A DNA stretch of 64,000 bases from Candidatus Omnitrophota bacterium (GTDB taxonomy: Bacteria; Omnitrophota; Gorgyraeia; JAGLLT01), in NCBI GenBank assembly GCA_030632085.1, contig DAOVJY010000002.1:13325-77324 (forward strand). The letters are read 5' to 3'. Numbering within the stretch: position 1 is the first letter of the stretch; each line of letters opens with the position of its first letter. The notes beneath the pieces were generated by a model. That model searched no databases. It was not told where the DNA came from and was given only the letters and a program-made list of their open reading frames with translations. The translations under genes and the position numbers were made by a program. Shown piece after piece: positions 1 through 9,945 of the stretch.

Positions 1-600
1 AGAGATTATAACAGAAAAGGTAAATATAAAGTTGCGGTTATTGATTGTGGAGTTAAATATAATATTTTAAGAGAGTTAGCCCAACGAGATTGTCAACTTA
101 AACTCTTTCCCGCAAAAACTAAAGCCGCGGAAATTCTTAAAATAAAACCGGACGGTGTCTTTTTGTCTAACGGCCCCGGTGACCCTGAGGGGGCAGCCTA
201 TGTGCCTGAAACCGTAAAGCAACTCCTGGGTAAAGTACCGTTATTTGGAATTTGCCTGGGCCAGCAGATGCTGGGCCTGGCCTTAGGCGGCAAGACCTAT
301 AAATTAAAATTCGGTCATCACGGAGCCAATCATCCCGTAAAAGATTTAAAGACTAATAAAATAGCGATAACAGTGCAAAATCATAACTTCTGCGTAGACA
401 TAGATTCACTTAATAAAAACGATATTGAAGTAACCCACATAAATCTAAACGATAATACCTTAGAAGGTATAAAACATAAAAAAATATCCGCCTTTTCTGT
501 GCAATTTCATCCTGAAGCTTCACCAGGGCCGAATGATGCTAAATATATATTTGACGATTTTATAAAATTAATGAGGAAGCATAGTGCCAAAAAGAAATGA
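1..600 (+). CDS. carA: Carbamoyl-phosphate synthase small subunit (5'-truncated by window)
   Basis: Frame 1 is open from base 1 ([14 protein letters not shown]); SNGPGDP, GICLG and QFHPE glutaminase motifs. Confidence 0.96.
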   Translation, partial: RDYNRKGKYKVAVIDCGVKYNILRELAQRDCQLKLFPAKTKAAEILKIKPDGVFLSNGPGDPEGAAYVPETVKQLLGKVPLFGICLGQQMLGLALGGKTYKLKFGHHGANHPVKDLKTNKIAITVQNHNFCVDIDSLNKNDIEVTHINLNDNTLEGIKHKKISAFSVQFHPEASPGPNDAKYIFDDFIKLMRKHSAKKK

Positions 601-2224
601 CTTTAAAAAAATATTAATTATAGGAGCCGGCCCGATTATAATCGGCCAGGCATGTGAATTTGATTATTCCGGTTCTCAAGCCTGTAAAGTTTTAAAAAAT
701 GAAGGTTATAAGGTTATTTTATTAAATAGCAACCCGGCGACTATTATGACCGATCCGGATATGGCCGATAGGACTTATATTGAGCCGGTAACAGCTGATA
801 TGGTTGAGGAGATTGTAAAAAAAGAAAGACCGGATGCTATCTTACCTACTTTAGGTGGCCAAACAGGCCTCAATGTAACCGTAGAGGCTGCAAAAAGAGG
901 TATTTTTAAAAAATATAATGTTGAGGTTATAGGTGCCAATATAAAATCTATAAAAAAAGCTGAGGATAGAGAGCTCTTTAGGAGAGCTATGAAAAAAATT
1001 GGCTTGGATATGCCTCAAAGCGGTAAGGCTAATACTTTAAGAGAAGCTGAGGCGGTGGCTGAGAGAATAGGATATCCTTTAATTATTAGACCGGCTTTTA
1101 CTTTAGGCGGGCTCGGTGGCGGAATTGCTAATAATAAAGAAGAATTTAAGGAGCTTGTAAAAAGCGGCATAGAAGCTAGTATGATAAATGAGATTTTAGT
1201 TGAAGAATCTATATGCGGCTGGAAAGAATATGAAATGGAAGTTATGAGAGATGTTAACGATAATGTGGTTATCATCTGTTCTATTGAGAATTTTGATGCC
1301 ATGGGAGTGCATACTGGGGATTCAATAACAGTAGCTCCTATCCAGACCCTAACGGATAAAGAATATCAGAAAATGCGCGATGCTTCTATTGCCTGTATAA
1401 GAGAGATAGGAGTAGAAACAGGTGGTTCAAATATACAGTTTGCGGTTGATCCTGAGAATGGCCGCATGGTGGTTATTGAAATGAATCCCAGAGTTTCGCG
1501 TTCATCGGCCCTGGCTTCTAAGGCGACAGGTTTCCCGATTGCTAAAATTGCCGCCAAGCTGGCTGTGGGTTATACTTTAGATGAGATTCCCAATGATATT
1601 ACTCAAAAAACTCCATCATGCTTTGAGCCCACGATTGATTACTGTGTGGTTAAAATACCTAGATTTACATTTGAGAAGTTTAAGAAAGCTGACGATACTC
1701 TGACTTCATCCATGAAGTCAATTGGGGAGACTATGGCAATTGGCAGGACTTTTAAAGAATCCCTGCAAAAAGCCCTGCGTTCTTTAGAGACCGGCGTCAG
1801 CGGCCTGATAGATATTGAAAATGATATTTCCAAAAAAGAACTCCTTGAATTATTGTCCAGGCCTAACTGCCAGAGAATCTTTTATATTAAAAAAGCCTTG
1901 AAAGAAGGAATATCTTTAGATGAAATTTATAAATATTCAAAAATAGATAAATGGTTTTTGGCCAACATACTTGATATTGTGAAAATGGAAGAAAATATCA
2001 TTAAAAGCAGAAAGAAAAAAGGTAAGGCCTTAATTAAAATAGTAAGAGAAGCCAAAAGGTACGGGTTTTCCGATAAACAACTGGCAGCTTTACTTAAAAA
2101 GACGGAAATCTGGATATATAAATTCAGAAAAGATAACGGTATAACTCCGAAGTTCAAACTGGTTGATACCTGCGCGGCGGAGTTTGAGGCCTATACACCT
2201 TACTATTACTCTACATATGAATAG
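584..2224 (+). CDS. carB: Carbamoyl-phosphate synthase large subunit, N-terminal half only (546 aa)
   Basis: MPKR start, [10 protein letters not shown] and [18 protein letters not shown] motifs; ends at YYYSTYE followed by a stop. Confidence 0.93.
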   Translation: MPKRNDFKKILIIGAGPIIIGQACEFDYSGSQACKVLKNEGYKVILLNSNPATIMTDPDMADRTYIEPVTADMVEEIVKKERPDAILPTLGGQTGLNVTVEAAKRGIFKKYNVEVIGANIKSIKKAEDRELFRRAMKKIGLDMPQSGKANTLREAEAVAERIGYPLIIRPAFTLGGLGGGIANNKEEFKELVKSGIEASMINEILVEESICGWKEYEMEVMRDVNDNVVIICSIENFDAMGVHTGDSITVAPIQTLTDKEYQKMRDASIACIREIGVETGGSNIQFAVDPENGRMVVIEMNPRVSRSSALASKATGFPIAKIAAKLAVGYTLDEIPNDITQKTPSCFEPTIDYCVVKIPRFTFEKFKKADDTLTSSMKSIGETMAIGRTFKESLQKALRSLETGVSGLIDIENDISKKELLELLSRPNCQRIFYIKKALKEGISLDEIYKYSKIDKWFLANILDIVKMEENIIKSRKKKGKALIKIVREAKRYGFSDKQLAALLKKTEIWIYKFRKDNGITPKFKLVDTCAAEFEAYTPYYYSTYE

Positions 2225-2235
2225 GGGAATAAGAT

Positions 2236-3606
2236 ATGTGCGGAATATTCGGCATTGCGAATCATAAAGACGCGGCTAAATTAACCTACTTGGGGCTTTA
2301 TGCCCTGCAGCACCGCGGGGAAGAAAGCGCGGGCATTGTCACCAGGCATTGTAAAAAGCTTCTCAGTTATAAAGGCATGGGTTTAGTCGGTGATATTTTC
2401 AACAAAGATGTTCTTAAAAATCTTAAAGGTGATATTGCCGTCGGCCATACAAGATATTCTACTACCGGCTCAACAACAACTAAAAATATTCAACCATTCT
2501 ATATTAAACACAAGAAAGAAAATCTGACTATTGCTCACAATGGTAATCTCATTAATACAGCTGAACTTCATGGGCAATTAGAGAAGAATGGGGCGATCTT
2601 TCAGACAACAATGGATTCTGAAATTATAGCCCATCTGTTTACTCATAGTAATGAAAAGAACTATAAGAAACTTATCAGTAATATGCTTTGCCAACTTCAA
2701 GGGGCTTATTCTTTAGTTATGCTTTTGAATGATGTTCTAATAGGGGCCAGAGATCCTTTTGGCTGGAGGCCGCTATGTATAGGTAAATTGAATGAGAGTT
2801 ATGTATTAGCCAGCGAAACCTGCGCTCTTGATTTGATTCAGGCTGAGTATATACGCGATGTTGAGCCGGGAGAAATTGTTTTTATCAGTAAAAAAGGCAT
2901 TGAATGCCTGAAGCCTCCCAAAGAGCACAAAAAGTCTTTTTGCGTATTTGAATATATTTATTTTTCAAGGCCGGACAGCAATATCTTTGGTAGTAATGTT
3001 TACTTAACCAGAAAACAGCTCGGCAGGCAATTAGCTAAAGAGCATCCTGTAGATTGTGATCTGGTGATGTCAATTCCAGACTCAGGTAATTACGCTGCCG
3101 TAGGTTATGCCGAGGCCTTAAAGAAACCTTGTGAAGTGGGGATGATTAGGAATCATTATGTTGGCCGTACTTTTATTCAACCCTCACAATTTATAAGAGA
3201 TTTTAAAGTGAAGGTAAAACTCAATCCCATAAAAGAGGTTTTAAAAGGTAAAAAAATCGCGGTTATTGAAGATTCCATTGTAAGAGGTACAACCAGTAGA
3301 GCTAGAATAAAGGCTCTAAGGGATGCCGGAGCTAAAGAAATTCATATGCGGGTAACATGCCCACCGTTAAAATATCCTTGCTTTTTTGGAATAGACTTTC
3401 CAACGAAAAAAGAACTTATTGCCTCAAATCAAACCATAAAAGAAATAGCTAAACACCTGGGCTTGGACTCACTTGAATATATTAGTTTAGAAGGCATGCT
3501 GAAATCAATGAAGCAGCCAGATAACGATTTTTGTACAGCTTGTTTTAATGGAAAGTATCCGGTAAAACTGCCAAAAAAGTTGTCAAAATATATTCTGGAA
3601 AAATAA
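2236..3606 (+). CDS. purF: Amidophosphoribosyltransferase
   Basis: MCGIFG N-terminus, QHRGEE, DSIVRGTTS and the Fe-S motif CTACF. Confidence 0.97.
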   Translation: MCGIFGIANHKDAAKLTYLGLYALQHRGEESAGIVTRHCKKLLSYKGMGLVGDIFNKDVLKNLKGDIAVGHTRYSTTGSTTTKNIQPFYIKHKKENLTIAHNGNLINTAELHGQLEKNGAIFQTTMDSEIIAHLFTHSNEKNYKKLISNMLCQLQGAYSLVMLLNDVLIGARDPFGWRPLCIGKLNESYVLASETCALDLIQAEYIRDVEPGEIVFISKKGIECLKPPKEHKKSFCVFEYIYFSRPDSNIFGSNVYLTRKQLGRQLAKEHPVDCDLVMSIPDSGNYAAVGYAEALKKPCEVGMIRNHYVGRTFIQPSQFIRDFKVKVKLNPIKEVLKGKKIAVIEDSIVRGTTSRARIKALRDAGAKEIHMRVTCPPLKYPCFFGIDFPTKKELIASNQTIKEIAKHLGLDSLEYISLEGMLKSMKQPDNDFCTACFNGKYPVKLPKKLSKYILEK

Positions 3607-3621
3607 GTTTTTATTTAACAA

Positions 3622-3700
3622 TAGACAAAATAACATTTTTTACCTATAATATAAACACTCAATATAAAAGTACCTTCTGTTATGTTTTGCAGAAGGTTTT
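3622..3700 (+). promoter_or_regulatory. Sigma70-like promoter followed by a leader hairpin with T tract upstream of mnmG
   Basis: TAGACA-17 bp-TATAAT (3622-3650), then ACCTTCTG..CAGAAGGT-TTT. Confidence 0.5.
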
Positions 3701-3755
3701 ATTGCTTATAAGGAGTTTTAAATATTAAGGTGGAATTTATTACCAGAAGAATAAT

Positions 3756-5594
3756 ATGAAAAATAAAATTAGTTATGATGTTATTGTGGTGGGAGCGGGG
3801 CATGCCGGTTGTGAGGCGGCTTTAGCTTCTGCTCGTCTTAAATTAAATACCGCTCTGGTTACATTTAATATAGATAAAATAGCGCTTTTAAGTTGTAATC
3901 CGGCGGTAGGCGGCCTGGGCAAAGGCCAGCTGGTTAAAGAAATCGACGCCCTGGGCGGTGAAATTGCCAAGGCGGCTGATAGTGCCGGTATTCAGTTTAA
4001 AAAACTTAATGCTTCTAAGGGGCCGGCTGTCTGGTCCAGTCGGGCTCAGGTGGACATGAATGATTACCCCGCGTATATGAGGCGGATAGTTGAGAAGCAA
4101 GATAACCTCACGCTTATTGAAGGGGAGGCTACAGGTTTTATTATTAAGGCGGATAAAATACAAGGCATAAAGCTAGATAAAAATAGAACTCTAAAAGCAA
4201 AAAAGGTTATTTTAGCCTGTGGAACTTTTTTAAACGGCCTGATGCACATTGGTATGGAGAGTTTTGAAGGCGGCAGAATAGAGGAGCCGGTCTCGGCTAA
4301 GAAGATTTCAAAAGAGTTAAAAAAAATCGGCCATAAATTGCTTCGCTTTAAAACCGGCACCTGTGCCAGGTTAGACAGGGCTACTATAGATTTTTCAAAG
4401 TGCACTACTCAGGAAGGTGATAAACCACCCCTGCCATTTTCTTTATCTAATGAAAAATTAATTAAGAAACAAGTTACCTGTTATATAACTTATACTAATG
4501 AAAAAACTCACAAGATAATCAGAAATGATTTAGAGCGTTCGCCTTTATTTTCAGGCAAAATTACCGGAACAGGGGTAAGGTATTGCCCTTCATTAGAAGA
4601 TAAAGTGGTGAAGTTTCCGCATCATAAGCGCCATCAGATTTTTTTAGAGCCGGAGACTAAGGAAAATATTCAGTATTATCCCAACGGTTTGTCAACCAGT
4701 TTGCCCCGGGATGCCCAGGAAGCCTTTATTCGTTCGGTTCCGGGCTTAAAAAATGTAAAGATAAACCGCTATGGTTATGGAATTGAACATGATGCCTTCG
4801 ACTCAACTCAGCTTTACCCAACTCTAGAATCAAAATTAGTTAAGGGGCTTTATTTAGCCGGTCAGATTAATGGGACAACCGGCTATGAAGAAGCTGCCGC
4901 CCAAGGAATTATCGCCGGTATTAACGCTGTTTTATCCATAAGCAAAAAAGAACCCTTGGTATTAGATAGGGCTTCAAGTTATATTGGGGTGTTAATTGAT
5001 GATTTGGTAACTAAAGGTACTAACGAACCTTACAGGATGCTGACTTCAAGAGTAGAATACCGCCTTATTTTAAGGGAAGATAATGCCGACCTGCGCCTTA
5101 GGAAAATAGGTTATAAGGTTGGTTTAATTAGTAAAAATGAATATAGTAAAATTTTAAAAAAAGAAAAAGAAATAATAGCGGTTATAAAATTTTTAAAAAC
5201 AGAGAAAATGCGTCATAGAACCGGCAAAATAACTCTCTATCAGGATTTAAAACGTCCCGAGGTAAAAATAAAAGACATTAAAAAGAAGTATAAACTAACT
5301 TTTTCCGATGCCGCCTTAAGGCAGGTAGAAATCGCTGCTAAATATGAGGGTTTTATTAAGAGGCAGGAGGCACAAGTAAAGGCTTTTGAGGATTTAGAGA
5401 AAATTAAAATACCAACAAATATAAATTATAAAAAAGTACCTTCTTTATCTTTAGAGATTATTGAAAAACTAACATATTTTAAACCCCTAACATTGGGTCA
5501 GGCTAATCGTATCTCAGGGATTACCCCGGCGGCTATTACCGTATTAATGGTTTATTTGAAAAAGAAAAAACATGTTTCCAAAGGCAAGATATAA
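3756..5594 (+). CDS. mnmG: tRNA uridine-5-carboxymethylaminomethyl modification enzyme MnmG
   Basis: GAGHAGCEAA, SCNPAVGG, RYCPSLEDK and GQINGTTGYEEAAAQG motifs. Confidence 0.97.
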   Translation: MKNKISYDVIVVGAGHAGCEAALASARLKLNTALVTFNIDKIALLSCNPAVGGLGKGQLVKEIDALGGEIAKAADSAGIQFKKLNASKGPAVWSSRAQVDMNDYPAYMRRIVEKQDNLTLIEGEATGFIIKADKIQGIKLDKNRTLKAKKVILACGTFLNGLMHIGMESFEGGRIEEPVSAKKISKELKKIGHKLLRFKTGTCARLDRATIDFSKCTTQEGDKPPLPFSLSNEKLIKKQVTCYITYTNEKTHKIIRNDLERSPLFSGKITGTGVRYCPSLEDKVVKFPHHKRHQIFLEPETKENIQYYPNGLSTSLPRDAQEAFIRSVPGLKNVKINRYGYGIEHDAFDSTQLYPTLESKLVKGLYLAGQINGTTGYEEAAAQGIIAGINAVLSISKKEPLVLDRASSYIGVLIDDLVTKGTNEPYRMLTSRVEYRLILREDNADLRLRKIGYKVGLISKNEYSKILKKEKEIIAVIKFLKTEKMRHRTGKITLYQDLKRPEVKIKDIKKKYKLTFSDAALRQVEIAAKYEGFIKRQEAQVKAFEDLEKIKIPTNINYKKVPSLSLEIIEKLTYFKPLTLGQANRISGITPAAITVLMVYLKKKKHVSKGKI

Positions 5595-6495
5595 AAAATT
5601 TTCAGATTATTTAAAGGAGCGTTTTAACGAACGTGTTTATAAGGTGAGTGTGGATGCCGGTTTTTCGTGTCCTAATAAAGATGGCAAGTTTTCAGATGAG
5701 GGTTGTATCTTTTGTGATAATAGAACCTTTAATGCTTATTTCGGAAATCAACGAATACCCATAAAAGAACAAATCTCAAACGGCATAAAGTTTGGCAGTT
5801 CCCGCTATAGAGCAAAAAAGTTTTTAGTTTATTTTCAGGCGAATACTAATACCTATGCTTCAATAGATGAGTTAAAGAAAATATATGATTCTATAAATGA
5901 GTTTGATGATGTCGCGGGCCTTATGATTGGAACCAGGCCTGATTGCATAGATAATGAAATTTTAGATTTAATTGAAAGCTATAGTACTAAATATGAAGTC
6001 TGGCTGGAGTATGGTTTACAGAGCATGCACGACCAGACCTTAAAATTAGTTAACAGAAACCATACCTATAAAGATTTCCTTAAAACTTATAATTTAACAA
6101 AGAATAGAAATATTAAAGTTTGCCCCCATGTTATTTTAGGCTTGCCGCATGAAACAACCGCGGAAATGCTTGAAACTGCCAAAGAGATGGCGCGGCTTAA
6201 ACCGGATGCCATCAAAATACATCCCTTACATATAGTAAAAGATACTAATTTAGAAAAACTCTATAAAGAAGATAAATTTAAAATGTATTCATTGGGTGAA
6301 TACTATGATTTATTAATTAATTTTTTAAGATACCTGCATCCTGAGACTATAATCGCCCGCTTAACCGCGGATTGCCCCAGGAAATTACTAATAGAACCCC
6401 AATGGCTTGAAGAAAAAGCAAGATTTATCCAGCTCTTAGATAAAGAGATGGACGAAAGAGGAATTTTTCAGGGAGATTTATATAAAGGGATGTAG
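5572..6495 (+). CDS. TIGR01212/YhcC-family radical SAM protein
   Basis: GFSCPNKDG..GCIFC, YFQANTNTY and GTRPDC motifs. Confidence 0.9.
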   Translation: MFPKARYKKFSDYLKERFNERVYKVSVDAGFSCPNKDGKFSDEGCIFCDNRTFNAYFGNQRIPIKEQISNGIKFGSSRYRAKKFLVYFQANTNTYASIDELKKIYDSINEFDDVAGLMIGTRPDCIDNEILDLIESYSTKYEVWLEYGLQSMHDQTLKLVNRNHTYKDFLKTYNLTKNRNIKVCPHVILGLPHETTAEMLETAKEMARLKPDAIKIHPLHIVKDTNLEKLYKEDKFKMYSLGEYYDLLINFLRYLHPETIIARLTADCPRKLLIEPQWLEEKARFIQLLDKEMDERGIFQGDLYKGM

Positions 6496-6514
6496 AGCAT
6501 ATTTTATAAATTTC

Positions 6515-6561
6515 TTGACTTGCGTGTATTTATAGTATACAATGTATTACAAATGAATACA
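6515..6561 (+). promoter_or_regulatory. Toxin-antitoxin promoter with palindromic operator
   Basis: TTGACT-17 bp-TACAAT; inverted repeat TGTATT-N7-AATACA. Confidence 0.6.
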
Positions 6562-6574
6562 AAGGAGAAAAAAT

Positions 6575-6793
6575 ATGAGCACATCAGTATCAGTAAGAAT
6601 TCCAGAAAAATTAGCTAAAGAGCTGGAGTCAGTAGTTAAAATTACAGAGAGATCCAAGTCTTTTCTTATTCAAAAAGCTCTAGAGACCTACCTCGCGGAA
6701 CAAGCCGACTTGCAGATTGCGTTGGATAGGCTCCACGATACCACTGATTCGATTGTTTCAATCAGTCAAATGAGGAAAGAACTTGAAATATAA
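6575..6793 (+). CDS. Ribbon-helix-helix (CopG/RelB-like) antitoxin
   Basis: SVSVRIPE..RSKSFLIQKALE RHH pattern; overlaps the downstream toxin. Confidence 0.85.
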   Translation: MSTSVSVRIPEKLAKELESVVKITERSKSFLIQKALETYLAEQADLQIALDRLHDTTDSIVSISQMRKELEI

Positions 6794-7043
6794 AATTGCA
6801 TTTAAGAAATCAGTTAGCAAGGATTTAAAAAATATAGGTAAAGAGCAATCCAAAAGGATACTAAATAAAATAGAAAAAGAGTTGCCTCTTGCGGCTAATA
6901 AATATCCGGAGCTTAAAGGGAGATTTAAGGGATTACGCAAGGTTAGAGTGGGTGATTATAGAATAGTTTATACTGTTATTAAAGATATCGTTTTAATTGT
7001 AAGAGTGGGACATAGAAAAGAAATATATGGGAAAAATAGATAG
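6783..7043 (+). CDS. RelE/ParE-family type II toxin
   Basis: LKG..GLRKVRVGDYRIVY..VGHRKEIY. Confidence 0.9.
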   Translation: MKYKIAFKKSVSKDLKNIGKEQSKRILNKIEKELPLAANKYPELKGRFKGLRKVRVGDYRIVYTVIKDIVLIVRVGHRKEIYGKNR

Positions 7044-7110
7044 GTGCATTAGGTGCATTAGTTATTTTATAGTAGTATAATTGTATTAAATATGTTAAAG
7101 CGGAGAATAA

Positions 7111-8688
7111 ATGAAAGATAATAATTCAATTGAAAATGACTGGGTAGCTATACTGGATTTTGGTTCACAGTATACGCATTTAATTGCCAGAAGAGTACGT
7201 GAATTTAAAGTTTACTCTGAGATAATACCCTTTAATATTAAGGCTAGAGACTTAGCGAAACGAAATCCCAAGGCTATTATCCTTTCCGGAGGCCCCGCCA
7301 GTGTTACCGCTAAAAAAAGTCCTATGTGTGATAGAGGAATTTTTGAATTAGGTATTCCCGTCTTAGGTATTTGTTACGGGGCTCAGTTGATGAGTAAGGT
7401 TTTTGGGGGCAAAGTAGTCGGAGCCAAAAAAAGAGAATACGGTAAGGCTATTTTTAAACCTAAAGTTAATAAAAGCCTTTTTAAAACTATCAATAAAAGT
7501 CAAAATGTCTGGATGAGTCACGGGGACAGGATTAAAAAATTACCCCACGGTTTTAAAGTAATAGGTGTTACCGCTAATTCTCCGGTAGCGGCTATGGCTG
7601 ATGAGAAAAAGAAGTTTTATGGACTGCAGTTTCATCCGGAAGTAGTTCATACTCCCAACGGAAAGACTATTATAAAGAATTTTGTAAAAGATATCGCTAA
7701 ATGTAAGCCTAACTGGAGCATGCAGTCTTTTACAAAAGAAACAATCAAGAAAATCAGAGAAGATGTCGGTAAGGATAAGGTTCTCTGCGGTATGTCGGGC
7801 GGAGTTGATTCCTCAGTTTTAGCTTTGTTACTTCATAAGGCTATAGGCAAAAACCTAATCTCCATTTTTATAGATCACGGTTTGGGTAGAAAAGATGAAG
7901 CCAAACAGGTAGAAAAAAGATTTAAAAAATATTACAAGTTAAATTTGAAAGTTGTTAATGCTCAGAATGATTTTTTAAAGGCCCTAAGAAACGTAACTGA
8001 TCCCGAGAAGAAAAGGAAGATTATCGGAAAAATCTTTATTAAGGTTTTCGAGAAAGAGACCAATACGCTTACGGGCACAAGAAAGATGGGTAAAATAAAA
8101 TATCTGGCTCAAGGCACTCTTTATCCTGATGTAATTGAGTCTATCTCACCTACAGGCGGACCCTCAGCCACTATTAAAAGCCATCATAATGTGGGAGGGT
8201 TACCTAAAAAATTAAATTTCAAGTTAATTGAACCTTTGAGGGATTTATTTAAGGATGAAGTTAGATTAGTCGGAAAAGAACTTAAGATGCCGGATGAAAT
8301 AATCCATAGACAGCCTTTTCCGGGGCCCGGCCTGGCAGTTAGAATTGTTGGAGCGGTTACTAAAGAAAGATGTAACATCCTAAGAGAGGCCGACTGGATT
8401 TTAAATGATGAAATAAAAAAAGCGGGATTTTATAGAAAGCTCTGGCAGTCATTTTGTGTTTATCTTCCCGTAAAGTCGGTTGGTGTTATGGGTGATGAAA
8501 GAACGTATGAGGATGCTATCGCTATAAGGGCGGTAGTTAGTGAAGATGCCATGACGGCCAATTGGGCCCATTTGCCATATAGCCTGCTTGAGAAGATATC
8601 TAACAAGATAATAAATGAAGTAAAAGGTATTAACCGCGTAGTTTATGACATTTCCTCTAAACCGCCAAGTACTATAGAGTGGGAGTAA
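7111..8688 (+). CDS. guaA: GMP synthase (glutamine-hydrolysing)
   Basis: [21 protein letters not shown] and KPPSTIEWE motifs. Confidence 0.97.
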   Translation: MKDNNSIENDWVAILDFGSQYTHLIARRVREFKVYSEIIPFNIKARDLAKRNPKAIILSGGPASVTAKKSPMCDRGIFELGIPVLGICYGAQLMSKVFGGKVVGAKKREYGKAIFKPKVNKSLFKTINKSQNVWMSHGDRIKKLPHGFKVIGVTANSPVAAMADEKKKFYGLQFHPEVVHTPNGKTIIKNFVKDIAKCKPNWSMQSFTKETIKKIREDVGKDKVLCGMSGGVDSSVLALLLHKAIGKNLISIFIDHGLGRKDEAKQVEKRFKKYYKLNLKVVNAQNDFLKALRNVTDPEKKRKIIGKIFIKVFEKETNTLTGTRKMGKIKYLAQGTLYPDVIESISPTGGPSATIKSHHNVGGLPKKLNFKLIEPLRDLFKDEVRLVGKELKMPDEIIHRQPFPGPGLAVRIVGAVTKERCNILREADWILNDEIKKAGFYRKLWQSFCVYLPVKSVGVMGDERTYEDAIAIRAVVSEDAMTANWAHLPYSLLEKISNKIINEVKGINRVVYDISSKPPSTIEWE

Positions 8689-8694
8689 GAAGCT

Positions 8695-8838
8695 GGATTA
8701 AGAATTAAGGATTAAGGATTAAGTAAAAGCAAAAATAAAGACAAGAGGAAGAATTAAGAGGAGAGCGCAGAGCGTTTAGGAAAAACTAAAAAGATCATTA
8801 TTTGTAAACTTGCTATATGCTATTTGCTAAACGCTAAA
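8695..8838. repeat. Heptamer tandem-repeat patch
   Basis: G(G/A)ATTAA x4 at 8695-8722; AGAGCGC AGAGCGT; TGCTATA TGCTATT TGCTAAA CGCTAAA. Confidence 0.8.
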
Positions 8839-8901
8839 AAATAGGGTTATTGTTTTCAATTAAAGTCTTTTTGGGATCGGCTGGTAAAAGAATTGCAATA
8901 T

Positions 8902-8939
8902 CCACCGTGCTCCATTTCGTAGGTGGTACAGGTTGGTGG
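8902..8939. repeat. Isolated imperfect palindrome (REP-like)
   Basis: CCACCGTGCTCCATTTCGTAGGTGGTACAGGTTGGTGG folds into a bulged hairpin; GC-rich in an AT-rich intergenic region. Confidence 0.4.
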
Positions 8940-8960
8940 TATAGGGTGCATAGAAAATCA

Positions 8961-9067
8961 TTGACAGTCGATAAAAATATAAGTAAACTATTGCTATAGC
9001 TAGTATATTTCGCTTAAGGTACAGAGGTGTTTCTTGGGCAGGCAGATAAGTACTGCCTGCTTTTTTA
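8961..9067 (+). promoter_or_regulatory. Promoter plus leader terminator (attenuator) upstream of nfnAB
   Basis: TTGACA-17 bp-TAAACT; GCAGGCAG..CTGCCTGC plus T tract at 9038-9066, before the start codon. Confidence 0.6.
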
Positions 9068-9108
9068 TTAACCGGTGATTTTATTTTTGTGAAAAAAGGT
9101 GATAATTA

Positions 9109-9942
9109 ATGAATAAAATAATTGCTAAAAAAAAGATATCAGAAGATATTATTCAGCTTACGTTTGAAAATAAGGAACTGGCTGAGGCCAGAAAGCCGGG
9201 TCAATTCTTAATACTAAGAGTACATGATAAAGGGGAGAGAATCCCCTTAACTATTATGGATTCTGACTCCATTAAAGACACAATAGATATTGTTTTTCAG
9301 GTGGTAGGTAAAACCACTACTCTGCTTTCTGAATTAAAAGTGGATGATAAAATTTTAGATGTTGCCGGCCCATTAGGCAATCCCACTTTAATTAAGAACT
9401 TCGGCCGCTGTGTGCTTATCGGCGGAGGAGTAGGTACGGCGGTTTTATTCCCGGTTTTAAAAGCCTTAAAAGAAGCGGGCAATACGGTAATAGCCATAAT
9501 CGGCGCCCGGAATAAAGATTCTCTTATTTTAATTGAAGAAGTAAAAGCTATTTCTGATGAGTTAATAATTATCACTGATGACGGTACAGCCGGCATTAAA
9601 GGGTTGGTGACCGATGCCCTGAAAGAAGTTATTGCCCGGGGAGATGAGATTAATTATGTTTATGCCGTCGGCCCGGTTATCATGATGAAGTTTGTGGCTT
9701 TAACTACAAAAGAAGACAACATTAAAACAGAAGTAAGTTTAAACCCCATTATGATAGATGGTACAGGCATGTGCGGCGGCTGCCGGGTGCTAATTTCCGG
9801 CAAGGAAAAGTTTGCTTGTGTCCATGGGCCGGATTTTGATGCCCATCAGGTTGATTTTGACCTTTTAATCCAGCGGCTTAAGATGTTTAAAGATAAAGAG
9901 CATAAATCTATGGAATGCCATTGTAAAAACAAGGAAAAATAA
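9109..9942 (+). CDS. nfnA: NfnA/SudB-like FAD/NAD-binding 2Fe-2S subunit
   Basis: GERIPLTI, DGTGMCGGCRV and CVHGPDF motifs. Confidence 0.85.
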   Translation: MNKIIAKKKISEDIIQLTFENKELAEARKPGQFLILRVHDKGERIPLTIMDSDSIKDTIDIVFQVVGKTTTLLSELKVDDKILDVAGPLGNPTLIKNFGRCVLIGGGVGTAVLFPVLKALKEAGNTVIAIIGARNKDSLILIEEVKAISDELIIITDDGTAGIKGLVTDALKEVIARGDEINYVYAVGPVIMMKFVALTTKEDNIKTEVSLNPIMIDGTGMCGGCRVLISGKEKFACVHGPDFDAHQVDFDLLIQRLKMFKDKEHKSMECHCKNKEK

Positions 9943-9945
9943 GAG

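Noticed and set aside
7041-7061. TAGGTGCAT tandem duplication after relE as a target-site duplication
   Set aside because: The copies are adjacent rather than flanking the TA module; likely slippage
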